A stretch of DNA of 64,000 nucleotides, from contig JALSJH010000019.1 in assembly GCA_026989455.1 (NCBI GenBank), forward strand, positions 14,596-78,595. Reading direction: 5' to 3'. The notes under the pieces are model-generated. The model did not search any database, was not told the origin of the DNA, and saw only the letters and a list, made by a program, of their open reading frames with translations. Of the stretch, positions 39,810 through 50,448 are shown piece after piece (the first letter of the stretch is position 1; each line of letters opens with the position of its first letter). The DNA comes from Chromatiales bacterium (lineage in GTDB: Bacteria; Pseudomonadota; Gammaproteobacteria; RBG-16-57-12). The position numbers and the translations under genes were made by a program.

Positions 39810-40361
39810 ATGATGGCACAAGACCCGAATAACCTGATTTGGATTGACCTGGAGATGACAGGGCTCGATCCCGATAATGATCGTATTATTGAAATTGCAA
39901 CAATCGTTACCGACACTGATTTGAAGCTGTTAGCTGAAGGTCCTGTGCTGGCGATTCATCAACCAGATGAGGTGTTGGCGCTGATGGATGAGTGGAACCA
40001 AACCACCCATGGTAACTCAGGTTTGATTGATAGAGTCAAAGCCAGTACCACTACAGAGCAAGATGCGGTTGCAGAGACCCTCTCTTTTTTACAGCGCTAC
40101 TCTTCCAAAGGGAGTTCGCCGATTTGCGGTAACTCAGTGGGCCAAGATCGTCGTTTCCTCTATCGCTGGATGCCTGAGCTTGAAGACTATTTTCACTACC
40201 GTAATCTGGATGTCAGCACCCTTAAGGAGCTGGCGCGTCGCTGGCACCCAAAAATGTACAGTGGTTTGAATAAACGGGGCACCCATAAAGCGTTGGATGA
40301 TATTCGCGAGTCGATTGAAGAGCTGGCCTACTATCGCCAACACTTTCTCAAGCTGCCTTGA
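39810..40361 (+). CDS. orn: Oligoribonuclease
   Basis: 183 aa. [23 protein letters not shown] ... [18 protein letters not shown]; nearly collinear with E. coli Orn. Confidence 0.92.
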   Translation: MMAQDPNNLIWIDLEMTGLDPDNDRIIEIATIVTDTDLKLLAEGPVLAIHQPDEVLALMDEWNQTTHGNSGLIDRVKASTTTEQDAVAETLSFLQRYSSKGSSPICGNSVGQDRRFLYRWMPELEDYFHYRNLDVSTLKELARRWHPKMYSGLNKRGTHKALDDIRESIEELAYYRQHFLKLP

Positions 40362-40468
40362 GGCTATCTTTAACCCGTTGGCATGGGCGGGGGGAAGGTT
40401 TTGATGGGGTGTAGAGAGGAGTGAAACGGGGGGATGGTTTTCGGCATCTATTTTGCGAGAACCTTTAC

Positions 40469-41353
40469 CTATGCTGCCATATCCTTGACCATTGCCATGA
40501 ACTCGCTCTGTTGTGACTGAACCCGCTCAAGCACCTCTTTTGCCTTCTCTTTATCAATACCCAGCTCTGCCAGTAGCTTTTCGGTGGGGAGTTGGCTGCT
40601 GTTATCTTGCATGCCCGGCATCTTTAGTAGGCGATTGCTGAGGGCGACCAATTTTCCGTAGAGAGCATGCTCCCCATCATAGTCGGGGAAATGGTGCTCC
40701 GCCACCGCCTGAATGATCTCTTCAGGCATCTCCCAAGCACGCATTAGCTCCATGCCAACCATGTCATGAGATATACCAAATGAGTGCAGCTCGAGAGCGC
40801 GAATCTCCGTATCTGGATAGCGCTCTACCATCTTGTTGAGGTAAGCGTACTCTTCTGGATGCAGATGACCAAATAGCAGATAACCAAAGTTATGGAATAG
40901 ACCGCTGAGGTAACTGATGCCACCGTTTGGTCTGTCTTTGATACGACATTTTGCAGCTAACAGTTGACTCAATTCAGCGCAGGCTAACGCTTGTTGCCAT
41001 ATGATGGTGCGGCCAAGCGGTCCGTTATTAGTGCACAGCAGCGCTTTGCCCGATGCGAGCCCAAGGCAGAAGTGCAGCGCAACATTAAAGCCCATGACCA
41101 GCGCAATGGAATCACCGACACTCTTTATCCGATCTCCGTAACCATAGAATGACTGACGTCCGTAGCGCAATACCTGAGCGGTCAGGCTGGGGTCTTGCTC
41201 TATCACACTGACCAGCTCTTCTAGCTGTGCATTTTCGTTGTTGCGCAGCGCAAGCAGTTTACGAGCCGTTTCAGGCAGTGGCGGTAGCTGCTGGGTCTGT
41301 TGGAGTTGTTGACGGAATGAGGCGTTAAACTCCGCTTTATTGACGATTTCCAC
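40469..41353 (-). CDS. HDOD-domain signalling protein
   Basis: 294 aa. The HDOD core covers the N-terminal and central part of the protein (LPPLPETARKLLAL, DPSLTAQVLRYG, FGISHDMVG...). Confidence 0.7.
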   Translation of the reverse strand: MEIVNKAEFNASFRQQLQQTQQLPPLPETARKLLALRNNENAQLEELVSVIEQDPSLTAQVLRYGRQSFYGYGDRIKSVGDSIALVMGFNVALHFCLGLASGKALLCTNNGPLGRTIIWQQALACAELSQLLAAKCRIKDRPNGGISYLSGLFHNFGYLLFGHLHPEEYAYLNKMVERYPDTEIRALELHSFGISHDMVGMELMRAWEMPEEIIQAVAEHHFPDYDGEHALYGKLVALSNRLLKMPGMQDNSSQLPTEKLLAELGIDKEKAKEVLERVQSQQSEFMAMVKDMAA

Positions 41354-41641
41354 TCTGAAGTCTCTCTTCGCAATTTGAGCAATAATTTTTAAGCGACTAT
41401 TTTTAGAGTAACTTTAGGTTTTTGTTAAATTTTCCATGCTTTAATCTCCCTTGATCTGTTTGTTGTCATGCCGTGGTTTCTATTTTTTTGGGGAAATGAA
41501 GTGTTTGAGGTGAAAGTAGGGTTGTTTGTTGCTGTTGTCTATATTTCGTTTGGCATAACGCATGTTGTAGTGTTTTAATGAGGGTAATCCTATACCTCCC
41601 AAGATAACCTGGAGAGTGATAACCAAAATGAATTCAGACAG

Positions 41642-43891
41642 ATGAATCAGACTGTTCACTATGACGAAGGTGGTGTCGAACGCCAACCACTCAAAGCGTA
41701 CGCGGAAGCGGCTTACCTAAATTACGCGATGTACGTGATTATGGATCGAGCATTGCCAAATATTGGTGATGGTCTAAAGCCGGTACAGCGGCGTATTGTT
41801 TACGCCATGTCTGAGCTGGGTTTAAAAGCGGGTGCTAAATACAAAAAATCTGCGCGTACAGTGGGTGATGTGTTGGGTAAATTTCACCCCCATGGTGACT
41901 CCGCCTGTTATGAGGCGATGGTTATTATGGCGCAGCCCTTCACATACCGCTACCCACTGGTGGATGGGCAGGGCAACTGGGGTGCGCCAGATGATCCTAA
42001 ATCATTTGCGGCGATGCGTTATACCGAGTCACGGCTCTCCGCTTTTTCTGAACTGCTGTTAAGCGAAGTCAGTCTGGGAACAGTTGATTGGTTGCCGAAC
42101 TTTGATGGTACCTTGGAGGAGCCCGCTATTCTTCCGGCGCGGGTGCCCCATGTACTGTTAAATGGCACCACCGGTATCGCGGTGGGAATGGCGACCGATA
42201 TTCCGCCCCATAATCTTCGTGAAGTGGTCACCGCTTGTATCCAGCTGCTGGAAAAACCTAAAACCACGTTGGATGAGTTGTGTGAACATATTCAAGGGCC
42301 CGATTATCCAACTGAAGCTGAAATAATTACCCCACGGTCAGATCTGTTGAAGATGTATGCCACCGGGCATGGTAGCGTGCGGATGCGTGCCTGCTGGGAG
42401 AAGGAGCAGAGTGATCTGATTATCACCGCGCTACCCCATCAGGTTTCCGGCGCTAAGGTGTTAGAGCAGATTGCGGCACAGATGCAGGCTAAAAAGCTCC
42501 CGATTGTGGAGGATCTGCGCGATGAGTCAGATCACGAAAACCCCACTCGGTTAGTGATTGTACCGCGCTCAAATCGTGTTAATGCTGAACAGTTGATGGC
42601 GCACCTATTTGCCACCACCGATCTTGAACGGACCTATCGCGCCAATATGAATGTTATTGGTCTGGATGGTCGCCCCCAAGTTAAAAATTTACACACCATG
42701 CTGAGTGAATGGCTCAGCTTTCGGGTTGCAACGGTACGTCGCCGTTTGCAGTACCGCTTGGATAAGGTGAATTCACGTCTGCACATTCTTGATGCGCTGT
42801 TAATCGCGTTCCTAAATATAGACGAGGTTATTCATATTATTCGCACCGAAGATAAGCCAAAGCCGGTATTGATATCCCGTTTCAGTATCACGCCTGAGCA
42901 GGCGGAGGCCATTCTTGAGCTTAAACTTCGTCACTTGGCTAAGTTGGAGGAGATGAAAATCCGTGGTGAGCAGAGTGAGCTGGCAAAAGAGCGGGACTTT
43001 TTAGAGAAAATTTTGGGTTCAGAGCGTCGCTTGAAGACGTTGCTGCGTAAAGAGCTTGAGTCAGATGCTGAAAAATATGGTGATGATCGTCGCTCACCGA
43101 TTGTCGAGCGCAATGCAGCTAAAGCACTGGATGAAACCGCTCTGATCAGCTCCGAAGCGATCACCGTGGTGCTTTCGGAAAAAGGGTGGGTGCGCGCCGC
43201 GAAAGGGCATGAGGTGGAGCCTCCGTCACTAAATTACAAAGCAGGGGATGGCTTTCTGGCGGCGGCGAAAGGTAAAAGTAATCAGCCGGTGTTTTTTCTA
43301 GATGACCATGGGCGTAGCTATTCGCTTGCCGCCCACACTCTGCCCTCAGCGCGAGGGCAGGGAGAGCCGCTTACTGGGCGCTTGAATCCAGCTGAAGGCG
43401 CACGATTTAGCCATGTGTTGATGGGAAGAGATGAGCAGTTATGTCTGGTTGCATCAGATGCGGGATATGGTTTTGTCACTAAATTGAGCAACCTGCACAC
43501 CAAAAATAGAGCAGGCAAGGCGCTTATTACGCTGCCTGATGCTGCGCGGCCACTTTCACCGCTGTTGTTTGGATCACCTGATCTTCTGGTCGCGGCGATC
43601 ACTAATGAAGGGCGACTGCTGATCTTTCCTGTGGCTGAGCTGCCTGAGCTATCCAAGGGGAAGGGAGTTAGAATTATCAGTATTCCAGCAAATCGGGCGG
43701 CTGAGCGTGAAGAGCTATTGATAAACCTTCAGCTGCTCAAAAAAGGTGCCACGGTTGTTGTTTTCGCAGGTCAGCGTCACTGTAAACTGAGAGGGCGTGA
43801 TTTAGAGTATTACTTTGGTGAGCGCGGTCGCCGCGGCAGTAAGCTGCCGCGAGGCTTTCAGAAGGTAGATAGAGTCGAGGTTATAGAGTAG
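41642..43891 (+). CDS. parC: DNA topoisomerase IV subunit A
   Basis: 749 aa, the ParC size. [32 protein letters not shown], active-site AAMRYTE. Collinear with E. coli ParC to the C-terminus. Confidence 0.92.
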   Translation: MNQTVHYDEGGVERQPLKAYAEAAYLNYAMYVIMDRALPNIGDGLKPVQRRIVYAMSELGLKAGAKYKKSARTVGDVLGKFHPHGDSACYEAMVIMAQPFTYRYPLVDGQGNWGAPDDPKSFAAMRYTESRLSAFSELLLSEVSLGTVDWLPNFDGTLEEPAILPARVPHVLLNGTTGIAVGMATDIPPHNLREVVTACIQLLEKPKTTLDELCEHIQGPDYPTEAEIITPRSDLLKMYATGHGSVRMRACWEKEQSDLIITALPHQVSGAKVLEQIAAQMQAKKLPIVEDLRDESDHENPTRLVIVPRSNRVNAEQLMAHLFATTDLERTYRANMNVIGLDGRPQVKNLHTMLSEWLSFRVATVRRRLQYRLDKVNSRLHILDALLIAFLNIDEVIHIIRTEDKPKPVLISRFSITPEQAEAILELKLRHLAKLEEMKIRGEQSELAKERDFLEKILGSERRLKTLLRKELESDAEKYGDDRRSPIVERNAAKALDETALISSEAITVVLSEKGWVRAAKGHEVEPPSLNYKAGDGFLAAAKGKSNQPVFFLDDHGRSYSLAAHTLPSARGQGEPLTGRLNPAEGARFSHVLMGRDEQLCLVASDAGYGFVTKLSNLHTKNRAGKALITLPDAARPLSPLLFGSPDLLVAAITNEGRLLIFPVAELPELSKGKGVRIISIPANRAAEREELLINLQLLKKGATVVVFAGQRHCKLRGRDLEYYFGERGRRGSKLPRGFQKVDRVEVIE

Positions 43892-43895
43892 TTTT

Positions 43896-45641
43896 ATGGC
43901 ACTGGGTGTTGTTGATCGACTGTTAAGTGTTAATTTTTCGGGGCGTGATGCGTTACCGCCACGTAATCTTGCGCTGCAATTTAATCTGCCGGTTCAAATG
44001 AGTGACAAACGCTATCGCCCCGAGCAAAACCTGAATACGCTGCAAAAAGAGTTTCGCTCCCATGGGAATACCTCTTTTGTTCAATTGGAGCTGGCTATCG
44101 AACAGCTCTCGCTGCTAGTTCGTTACAAGTGTTCAATAAAAAAACGGTTGGCGACATTAGAGCTGGTGGGCGCCGAAACATCGGCATTGATTCGCCACAT
44201 CTATATGCAATACCGAGATGAATCGGGGGTTGTTGAGAGTAATGCACGCAAACATAACCTGGAACACCTCCTAGAGTTGCTGCGCTTGTTAAATATCGGA
44301 TTCCAACAAGTATTCAGTGCTCTTTATCAGCTGCCTGAGTATCGCTATCAAAGACAACGGAAATCTCTGCGGAGTGTCGGAATGCGAATACTCGAGCTTT
44401 TCTATGTTGAACAGCGGGTGTGCGCACTGCGTTATCAGCTCTTTCCACCCCAGCGGTGGCGAGGCCTGAATCAGGTGTTTTTTGTACTTTGGTTGTGCGG
44501 TGAGGTTGATGAGCCTCAGTCGTTGATGATTGATCTGCCATGCCACCTGCGTAGTGCGGGGCTGGTGAAAAGTAAGGTAATACAAACTAGGCCACGTCAA
44601 CTGTTTGTTTTATTGCAACTTTTTGGCTTGGCTGACTGTTACACCTGGCCCAGTGACTTTGTTCAGGTTTTAGATAGTTACATAAAGCTACTGGAGCCAG
44701 AGATAGCACTCAAGCCTGATGAAGATGGTGAGGTTCCAAGTAGCCACTTGCTGACTTTTTCAAATTCAGGGCGAGCCCCTTTTTATCATCGTGTGGCGTT
44801 TCAAGGGGTAGGTTGCCTGATTGATATATCCGCCTTAAAACAGCAAATAAGTCGTGATGCTGCTTGCCTTAATGCCTTGACAGAGAGCGAGGCTCTGCAG
44901 CAAGTATCCGCTCCGCTCTCGGTTCTGAATCAAACACAGCGGCTCACCTTTGTCGAGCTGTTGCAAAACAAACTGCAACCTCAGCAGCGTCAGGATAGCC
45001 GTGATTTGATTGATGATTACCGTGACTTCTCCATTGTTTCCGGTTTTATGAACTGCTACAAAAAGCTACCTAAGAGCTGCAAAAAACCGACCAAAAAGGG
45101 CACTGTATTTGAAATTACACTGGATGAGATGCTGGATGGTCGCTCATCCGCACTGGCTGATGATAGTCGCGATATAAAAGAGGGGCAGTGGTACGTCATT
45201 AATGACTGTAAAGGGGGCGTGCTGGTGCGCGCTAAAGAGTCACGCTACCTAGTCGCCCTGGATGTGGGGCAGCTTGCACTCTTTAGCCAAGTGGTCGACC
45301 CGGGCAGCCCACCACAACTGGGCTGCATCTCCCGCCTGTTGCGATCGGGGCAGGGGGAGATTGCGGTGACACTGCAAAAGCTGACATCACAAGCTGAAAA
45401 TGTGGTGTTGCAAACGGCCTCAATGCATCAGTCGGGGGAGGCAGTTCCCGCTTTTTTGGTGCGTGCAATAAAAGGGATGGGCTGGCAACTACTGGTTCCC
45501 TCTAAATATACTGAAGTATTGAGTGACAACCGACTGTTTATGCGTCGCAGTAAGCGGCTATTTTCAGTGGCGGTGATTCAGGTTGTACGACGGCATAAGG
45601 ATTACGCGCTTCTCGATATTCAATCAACCAGCAGCGATTGA
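43896..45641 (+). CDS. Hypothetical protein (581 aa) translationally coupled to parC
   Basis: Starts 4 nt after the parC stop. Soluble, Leu/Gln/Arg-rich, no motif I can name. C-terminal beta-rich region with a weak PilZ-like pattern (RAKESRYLVALDVGQLALF). Confidence 0.6.
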   Translation: MALGVVDRLLSVNFSGRDALPPRNLALQFNLPVQMSDKRYRPEQNLNTLQKEFRSHGNTSFVQLELAIEQLSLLVRYKCSIKKRLATLELVGAETSALIRHIYMQYRDESGVVESNARKHNLEHLLELLRLLNIGFQQVFSALYQLPEYRYQRQRKSLRSVGMRILELFYVEQRVCALRYQLFPPQRWRGLNQVFFVLWLCGEVDEPQSLMIDLPCHLRSAGLVKSKVIQTRPRQLFVLLQLFGLADCYTWPSDFVQVLDSYIKLLEPEIALKPDEDGEVPSSHLLTFSNSGRAPFYHRVAFQGVGCLIDISALKQQISRDAACLNALTESEALQQVSAPLSVLNQTQRLTFVELLQNKLQPQQRQDSRDLIDDYRDFSIVSGFMNCYKKLPKSCKKPTKKGTVFEITLDEMLDGRSSALADDSRDIKEGQWYVINDCKGGVLVRAKESRYLVALDVGQLALFSQVVDPGSPPQLGCISRLLRSGQGEIAVTLQKLTSQAENVVLQTASMHQSGEAVPAFLVRAIKGMGWQLLVPSKYTEVLSDNRLFMRRSKRLFSVAVIQVVRRHKDYALLDIQSTSSD

Positions 45642-45692
45642 TTCACAACAGGGACGCTCATCTTAATTCAGAGCCTAAAACCATGGCTCACC

Positions 45693-45720
45693 CTTGAACT
45701 TTTTATTTTTATCCCCACCT
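45693..45720 (+). promoter_or_regulatory. Sigma32 (heat-shock) type promoter for htpX: CTTGAA-N14-CCCCACCT
   Basis: Matches the sigma32 consensus CTTGAAA-N13-15-CCCCATnT. 50 bp upstream of the htpX start. htpX is RpoH-dependent in E. coli. Confidence 0.55.
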
Positions 45721-45769
45721 AATGACGCCTGAGTATCTATATTTTTAATTGTCGTTTTTGGAGCTAAAG

Positions 45770-46654
45770 ATGAAGCGCATTTTGTTATTTCTGGCAACTA
45801 ACCTTGCTATTATCCTTATTTTGAGTGTCACTCTTCGTCTGCTTGGCGTTGATTCCATTTTGGCTCAGAATGGCACCCTCGATCTGAACTCATTGTTGAT
45901 CTTCTCTGCGGTGTTTGGCTTCGGTGGCTCCTTCCTCTCCCTCGCCATCTCCAAATGGATGGCTAAACGAGCCACTGGCGCGCAGGTGATCACTCAGCCA
46001 AGTAATGAGATGGAGCAGTGGCTGGTTGATACCGTTGCGCGACAGGCTAAGCAAGCGGGTATCGGTATGCCGGAGGTGGCGATATACAACTCACCCGAAG
46101 TGAACGCCTTTGCCACAGGAATGTCACGCAACAAGGCGCTGGTTGCAGTGAGTACGGGCTTGCTTAATAACATGAGTCGTGATGAGGCCGAAGCCGTTAT
46201 GGCACATGAGGTGAGTCATGTGGCGAATGGCGATATGGTCACGCTGGCGCTGATTCAGGGCGTGGTCAATACTTTTGTTATCTTTTTTGCCCGGATCATC
46301 GGCTATTTTGTAGATCGAGTCATTTTGAAAAATGAGAGTGGCCACGGAATCGGATTTTTCATCACCTCAATTATTGCTGAAATTATCCTCGGTATTTTGG
46401 CCAGCACGATTGTCATGTGGTTCAGCCGACAGCGTGAGTTCCGCGCCGATAATGGTGGAGCGGCGCTGGCGGGTCGCGAAAAAATGATCGCAGCACTGGA
46501 GCGTTTGCAGCTACAGTCAGGGCAGCCCTCGCAACTACCAGAGCAGATGGCTGCATTTGGTATCTCGGGTGGCCTGGCAACAGGGCTGAAAAAACTTTTC
46601 ATGACCCATCCACCATTAGAAACGCGGATTGCCAGCCTGAAAGCGCAGCGTTGA
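45770..46654 (+). CDS. htpX: Heat-shock membrane protease HtpX (M48B)
   Basis: [20 protein letters not shown] ... [14 protein letters not shown] ... [17 protein letters not shown]; collinear with E. coli HtpX. ATG at 45770 with a GGAG SD. Confidence 0.9.
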   Translation: MKRILLFLATNLAIILILSVTLRLLGVDSILAQNGTLDLNSLLIFSAVFGFGGSFLSLAISKWMAKRATGAQVITQPSNEMEQWLVDTVARQAKQAGIGMPEVAIYNSPEVNAFATGMSRNKALVAVSTGLLNNMSRDEAEAVMAHEVSHVANGDMVTLALIQGVVNTFVIFFARIIGYFVDRVILKNESGHGIGFFITSIIAEIILGILASTIVMWFSRQREFRADNGGAALAGREKMIAALERLQLQSGQPSQLPEQMAAFGISGGLATGLKKLFMTHPPLETRIASLKAQR

Positions 46655-46689
46655 GTGAATCTTGAATTCATATGATGAGTGACGGCACC

Positions 46690-46717
46690 GGACTCCCACG
46701 ACCCTCCGTGGGAGTCC
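46690..46717 (+). terminator. Perfect 11-bp stem hairpin (GGACTCCCACG-N6-CGTGGGAGTCC) after htpX
   Basis: Read directly, 36 nt after the htpX stop. GC-rich stem, no strong U-tract. Confidence 0.45.
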
Positions 46718-46814
46718 GTACTGTATGATAGTGGTAGCGCCGTCTGTAGATTCAGTGTGACTTCATTGACCTCACCTCTCTAGTTTAACCTCAAATGGAG
46801 CTGGTTTTGACTCC

Positions 46815-46873
46815 TAAGGAATCTCTGATTAAGCCAGCATAAAACATTCATGACTTGATCAGCGCTTCCCTAA
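46815..46873 (-). repeat. Miniature inverted-repeat element, internally deleted copy 7 (inverted)
   Basis: TAAGGAATCTCTGATTAAG|CCAGCATAAAACATTCATGACTTGATCAGCGCTTCC. Both terminal repeats present, core deleted. Confidence 0.6.
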
Positions 46874-46891
46874 GGCAAGGAGTAGAAAATA

Positions 46892-47377
46892 ATGAAAAGG
46901 CGTGAACTGTTAAAGGGGATGCTGGGTGTTGTGGCAGCCCCGCTAGTCACCCCCTATGCTTGGGCTGCACCCTTGTCGCTAAAGATAGAGAAAATTGTTA
47001 TGAGTGATGCAGAGTGGCGACAGCGCCTTGACCAGCAGCAGTACCAGATCTTACGCGAAGAGGGCACTGAACGTGCCGGTAGTAGTGTATTGAACGATGA
47101 GAATCGTGAAGGCCTTTACCATTGTGCAGGTTGTGATTTACCACTCTTTCACTCCGATATGAAGTATGAGAGTGGCACGGGTTGGCCGAGTTTTTTTGAT
47201 AAAATAGAGGGTGCTATTGAGACCAAACTGGACTTTAAAATGATCTACCCACGTACTGAATACCACTGCGCCCGGTGCGAGGGGCACCAAGGGCATCTGT
47301 TCAAAGATGGCCCGGAGCCTAGCGGATTACGCTATTGTAACAATGGCTTGGCACTGCGGTTTGTGGCGGCTGAGTAA
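46892..47377 (+). CDS. msrB: Peptide-methionine (R)-S-oxide reductase MsrB with Tat signal peptide
   Basis: 161 aa. Twin-arginine N-terminus MKRRELLKGMLGVVAAPLV..AWA. The SelR domain with two CxxC pairs and GTGWPSF. Confidence 0.85.
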   Translation: MKRRELLKGMLGVVAAPLVTPYAWAAPLSLKIEKIVMSDAEWRQRLDQQQYQILREEGTERAGSSVLNDENREGLYHCAGCDLPLFHSDMKYESGTGWPSFFDKIEGAIETKLDFKMIYPRTEYHCARCEGHQGHLFKDGPEPSGLRYCNNGLALRFVAAE

Positions 47378-47514
47378 CCGGGCGCGAGAATTGATAGGGC
47401 TTACACTTGCAATTCACACTAAAAACAAGGTATTTTATGAGTTCCCCAGGGGTATAGGGTAAATTTCTTGGGTATGTATGAATCCATTTAAAAACGAGTG
47501 TGTGTGGGGTTGTT

Positions 47515-48474
47515 ATGGGTCAAAATGATCGGAATTCATCGGTTGCAGTTTTTATCGATGTGGAAAATATACATTATTCGACTTTGAATAGTTATGCAGA
47601 GACCCCGGATTGGTCGCGGATCGTGGATGCTTGCAAGGAGTACGGGCGAATCGCCTCGATACAGGCGTTTGGCGACTGGGTAAACTTCTCCAAAGAGGTG
47701 GCCGAAATTCAGCGAAATGGAATTCAGCCGATTTATGTTCCGCTGTCTCAGGATGGAAAATCAAGCCTCGATTGCTATTTAACGGTTTCAGCGATGAAGT
47801 TGTTTTTCCAAAACGACACCATCGATACGCTGATTCTGGCATCGGGTGATCGTGACTATATCCCCCTGATTGCTGAGCTGAAGGCGATTGGTAAACAGGT
47901 GATTATTCTCGCCGTACCCGATACCCTGTCACGGGATCTTACACGCATTGTTGATGACGTTATCTCATACACACCTCGCGCAGAAGAGAGGAGTGGTTCG
48001 CCGATTCAGGTTGTCGATAAACAGAGTGCCAGTGATTTTGTGGTGGCAACGATAGAGGGGCTGGAAAACTCTTTTAACCACCGCTGGGTTAACTTAGCCA
48101 GTATCGGCCTCGCGCTTAAAAAGCGCGATCCTCTATTTACCCATAAAAAGTTCAACTACTTGAAGCTGGTGGAGATGTTGGATGACATTCCCGAAATAGA
48201 GCTGAAATATGATAACCATGAAAAGACCATCGCCTTGGCGCGCACCGTAACCGGCAATATTGGCGAGGCATCGGAAGTGTTGAAAGGCTCCATTGTAAAC
48301 ATCAAAGATGGCTATGGTTTTATCAAACCCGATGTGGGTTGGGATAATATTTTCTTTCACTACAGCAAAGTGATTAACGGCAATTTTACCGAGTTATCGA
48401 TTGGTGACACGGTCTCATACACCATCTACAACACAGAGCGTGGTGAGAATGCGGAGAATGTGAGTCGTTTATAG
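47515..48474 (+). CDS. NYN (LabA-like PIN) – OST-HTH/LOTUS – cold-shock-domain protein
   Basis: About 320 aa. N-terminal NYN/LabA (VAVFIDVENIHYS ... ASGDRDYIPLIAELK). Middle LOTUS-like helical segment. C-terminal CSD (IKDGYGFIKPDVGWDNIFFHYSKV...GDTVSYT) resembling CspA RNP motifs. Confidence 0.7.
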   Translation: MGQNDRNSSVAVFIDVENIHYSTLNSYAETPDWSRIVDACKEYGRIASIQAFGDWVNFSKEVAEIQRNGIQPIYVPLSQDGKSSLDCYLTVSAMKLFFQNDTIDTLILASGDRDYIPLIAELKAIGKQVIILAVPDTLSRDLTRIVDDVISYTPRAEERSGSPIQVVDKQSASDFVVATIEGLENSFNHRWVNLASIGLALKKRDPLFTHKKFNYLKLVEMLDDIPEIELKYDNHEKTIALARTVTGNIGEASEVLKGSIVNIKDGYGFIKPDVGWDNIFFHYSKVINGNFTELSIGDTVSYTIYNTERGENAENVSRL

Positions 48475-48503
48475 TCCGCCTAGTTACGGGTTAAGCGCGT
48501 ATG

Positions 48504-48531
48504 CAACGGCCACCGAATGGAGTGGCCGTTG
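48504..48531 (+). terminator. Perfect 10-bp stem hairpin (CAACGGCCAC-N8-GTGGCCGTTG) between convergent genes
   Basis: 30 nt after the NYN-gene stop. Could serve both convergent genes. Confidence 0.5.
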
Positions 48532-48535
48532 TCTA

Positions 48536-48625
48536 TTGAGCAAACCATGAACACGTCATTATTTTTTATACTGGCTTAGATTGTCCTCATTTATCTCCAA
48601 AATCACACCAGTAGAGTGACTGTAA
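48536..48625 (+). repeat. Miniature inverted-repeat element, degenerate long-form copy 5
   Basis: AAACCATGAACACGTCATTATTTTTTATACTGGCTTAGATTGTCCTCATTTATCTCCAAAATCACACCAGTAGAGTGACTG aligns with the copy 2/3 core. Confidence 0.5.
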
Positions 48626-48636
48626 AAATTAGCCGC

Positions 48637-50448
48637 TTAGGCACACAGCTCTCCGCAGTCAGTGCTGTCACCGCCGCCGCCACCGTTATCACCACCAGAG
48701 GATGGATTACTGACCCAAGCTGAAAGGTATTTGGTAGTCGTGCCATATTGATTGGTGAATCTAACGGTAATCAAATAGTAATCCTCGCCTACGATATTAA
48801 AGATCTCTTGAGTCAGATTGAGGGTGGTTGCTCCGGTGCCCGCAATATCAGAGCTTGCGGCAAGTTGTGTCTCGCCCCCTCCCATTGGCAGAGAGTATGA
48901 AATGGTGACGCTGTCGGCACCCTCCACATCCCAAGAGATAGTCGCACTCTGCGTGGTTGAGTCCATAGCCACGGAATAATTAAACTCATGGAGAATCGGT
49001 GTAGGCTCAGCATCGTAGGGCAGGTTAACGGTTTTTGTAACGCTATTGTTGTCTGAATCGGTTGCTGTGAGTGTAAAGGTGTACTGGTCGGCAGGGACTC
49101 CATTCAGCCCCATGGGGAATTGGGTTGACCCCGTGGCATTACCGAGCGTGGTGTTGTGTCCTTGATCTGAGGTGAGAGCCAATAACTCAGCGCTGACAGT
49201 TGACCAAGTGAAGATCGCATCGTTTCTATCAAACACCCAACGGGTATTGGATGGGTTTTGTGGGTCGAGTTCCAGTATGAAAAAGGGCTTTACCCGGCCG
49301 TTAAACGAATGAATGATGGGGGTTTCCGGGCCAGTAAACGCCAGTGTCAGAGCTCCCGCCACACCGTCACAGTTGTGGGTGGTGTTCGCCCGGTAAAGCC
49401 CATCAGGTGCAAAGGCGGTAGATTTAAGCTCTATATCAACCCCTCTAGGCATGGCGAGCGTTCTTCCACTATTAAGTAGGTTGGTAGATGCTGTGCGAGG
49501 GAAGCTGCTTGTTGTGCTGCCATGTAGCCTAGGAGTATCGGCATCGCTGGGTAGGCCGGAGGGTGTGACTGATAGAAAGCAGATCTGAGGGGCGATATCA
49601 TGGTTCCACCAGGAAAAGTGTGTAACCGTTGCCTGCAGAGCCATACCGGTGGGTGAGTCGACAGATGCGATGATGGTACCGACATTTTCTTGCAACCACT
49701 CTCCTGTGGCTTCATCCAGATACCATAGTGCGCCATCGTCACCGATCTGAACGGGAATGCCGTCGGGGTGGTTAGTGATGAAAACAGGTATTTCAATGGT
49801 GGCCGATTGGCCGCCAGCCAAGTTCAGCTCATTGCCATTTTGTGAAAAATAATACTCTACTGTGCCGTAGGACATGATGATCGGTGCGGCATCACCATTA
49901 ATATCAGTGCCGCTAAATGCACCGGGGAATACACCCAGTTCATTGTCATCGGAAACATCGACCGGTGTAATACTGAGCTGGACAGTGCCCGTCACTGGGT
50001 TGCCATTGGCATCGACCAAGGCACCTGCTGGCAAGCTAACTCGGGCACCGGAGATGCCGGTAATATCAATCGCTGCATCAGCGCTGAGAGTGATGGCGGC
50101 ACTTCTTTTGCCCAAGGTTGCGATAAAATCTGCTTGGTCATTGTTTGTTTCGAGCATAACGGTTTGTGCCGCGTAGCCGGGCTTTCTTAGGCGAACGCTA
50201 TCGGCCTTGTTTGCGGCGATGGAAAAACTGACTATGCCAGCGCTGTTGGAAGTGGCCAGCACACCATCATCGTTATAGATTTCGACACCCTCCAGAACCA
50301 GCTGGTCAGGGGTGCGTACCATGCCTGTTACGCTCACATTACTAGCCGCTGTATTGTCGGAGTCAGAATTGCTGCTGGAACAGCCGGCAATCATACTGAC
50401 TAAAAATAAAAGAGAGAGTAGCCAGGTCAGCTTGTTTCGTATATCCAT
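48637..50448 (-). CDS. Large secreted lipoprotein with Ig-like/beta-sandwich repeats and Gly-rich Cys-containing C-terminus
   Basis: 603 aa. Lipobox MIAGCSSS. Thr/Ser/Gly-rich beta modules. C-terminal SSGGDNGGGGGDSTDCGELCA. Confidence 0.55.
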   Translation of the reverse strand: MDIRNKLTWLLSLLFLVSMIAGCSSSNSDSDNTAASNVSVTGMVRTPDQLVLEGVEIYNDDGVLATSNSAGIVSFSIAANKADSVRLRKPGYAAQTVMLETNNDQADFIATLGKRSAAITLSADAAIDITGISGARVSLPAGALVDANGNPVTGTVQLSITPVDVSDDNELGVFPGAFSGTDINGDAAPIIMSYGTVEYYFSQNGNELNLAGGQSATIEIPVFITNHPDGIPVQIGDDGALWYLDEATGEWLQENVGTIIASVDSPTGMALQATVTHFSWWNHDIAPQICFLSVTPSGLPSDADTPRLHGSTTSSFPRTASTNLLNSGRTLAMPRGVDIELKSTAFAPDGLYRANTTHNCDGVAGALTLAFTGPETPIIHSFNGRVKPFFILELDPQNPSNTRWVFDRNDAIFTWSTVSAELLALTSDQGHNTTLGNATGSTQFPMGLNGVPADQYTFTLTATDSDNNSVTKTVNLPYDAEPTPILHEFNYSVAMDSTTQSATISWDVEGADSVTISYSLPMGGGETQLAASSDIAGTGATTLNLTQEIFNIVGEDYYLITVRFTNQYGTTTKYLSAWVSNPSSGGDNGGGGGDSTDCGELCA

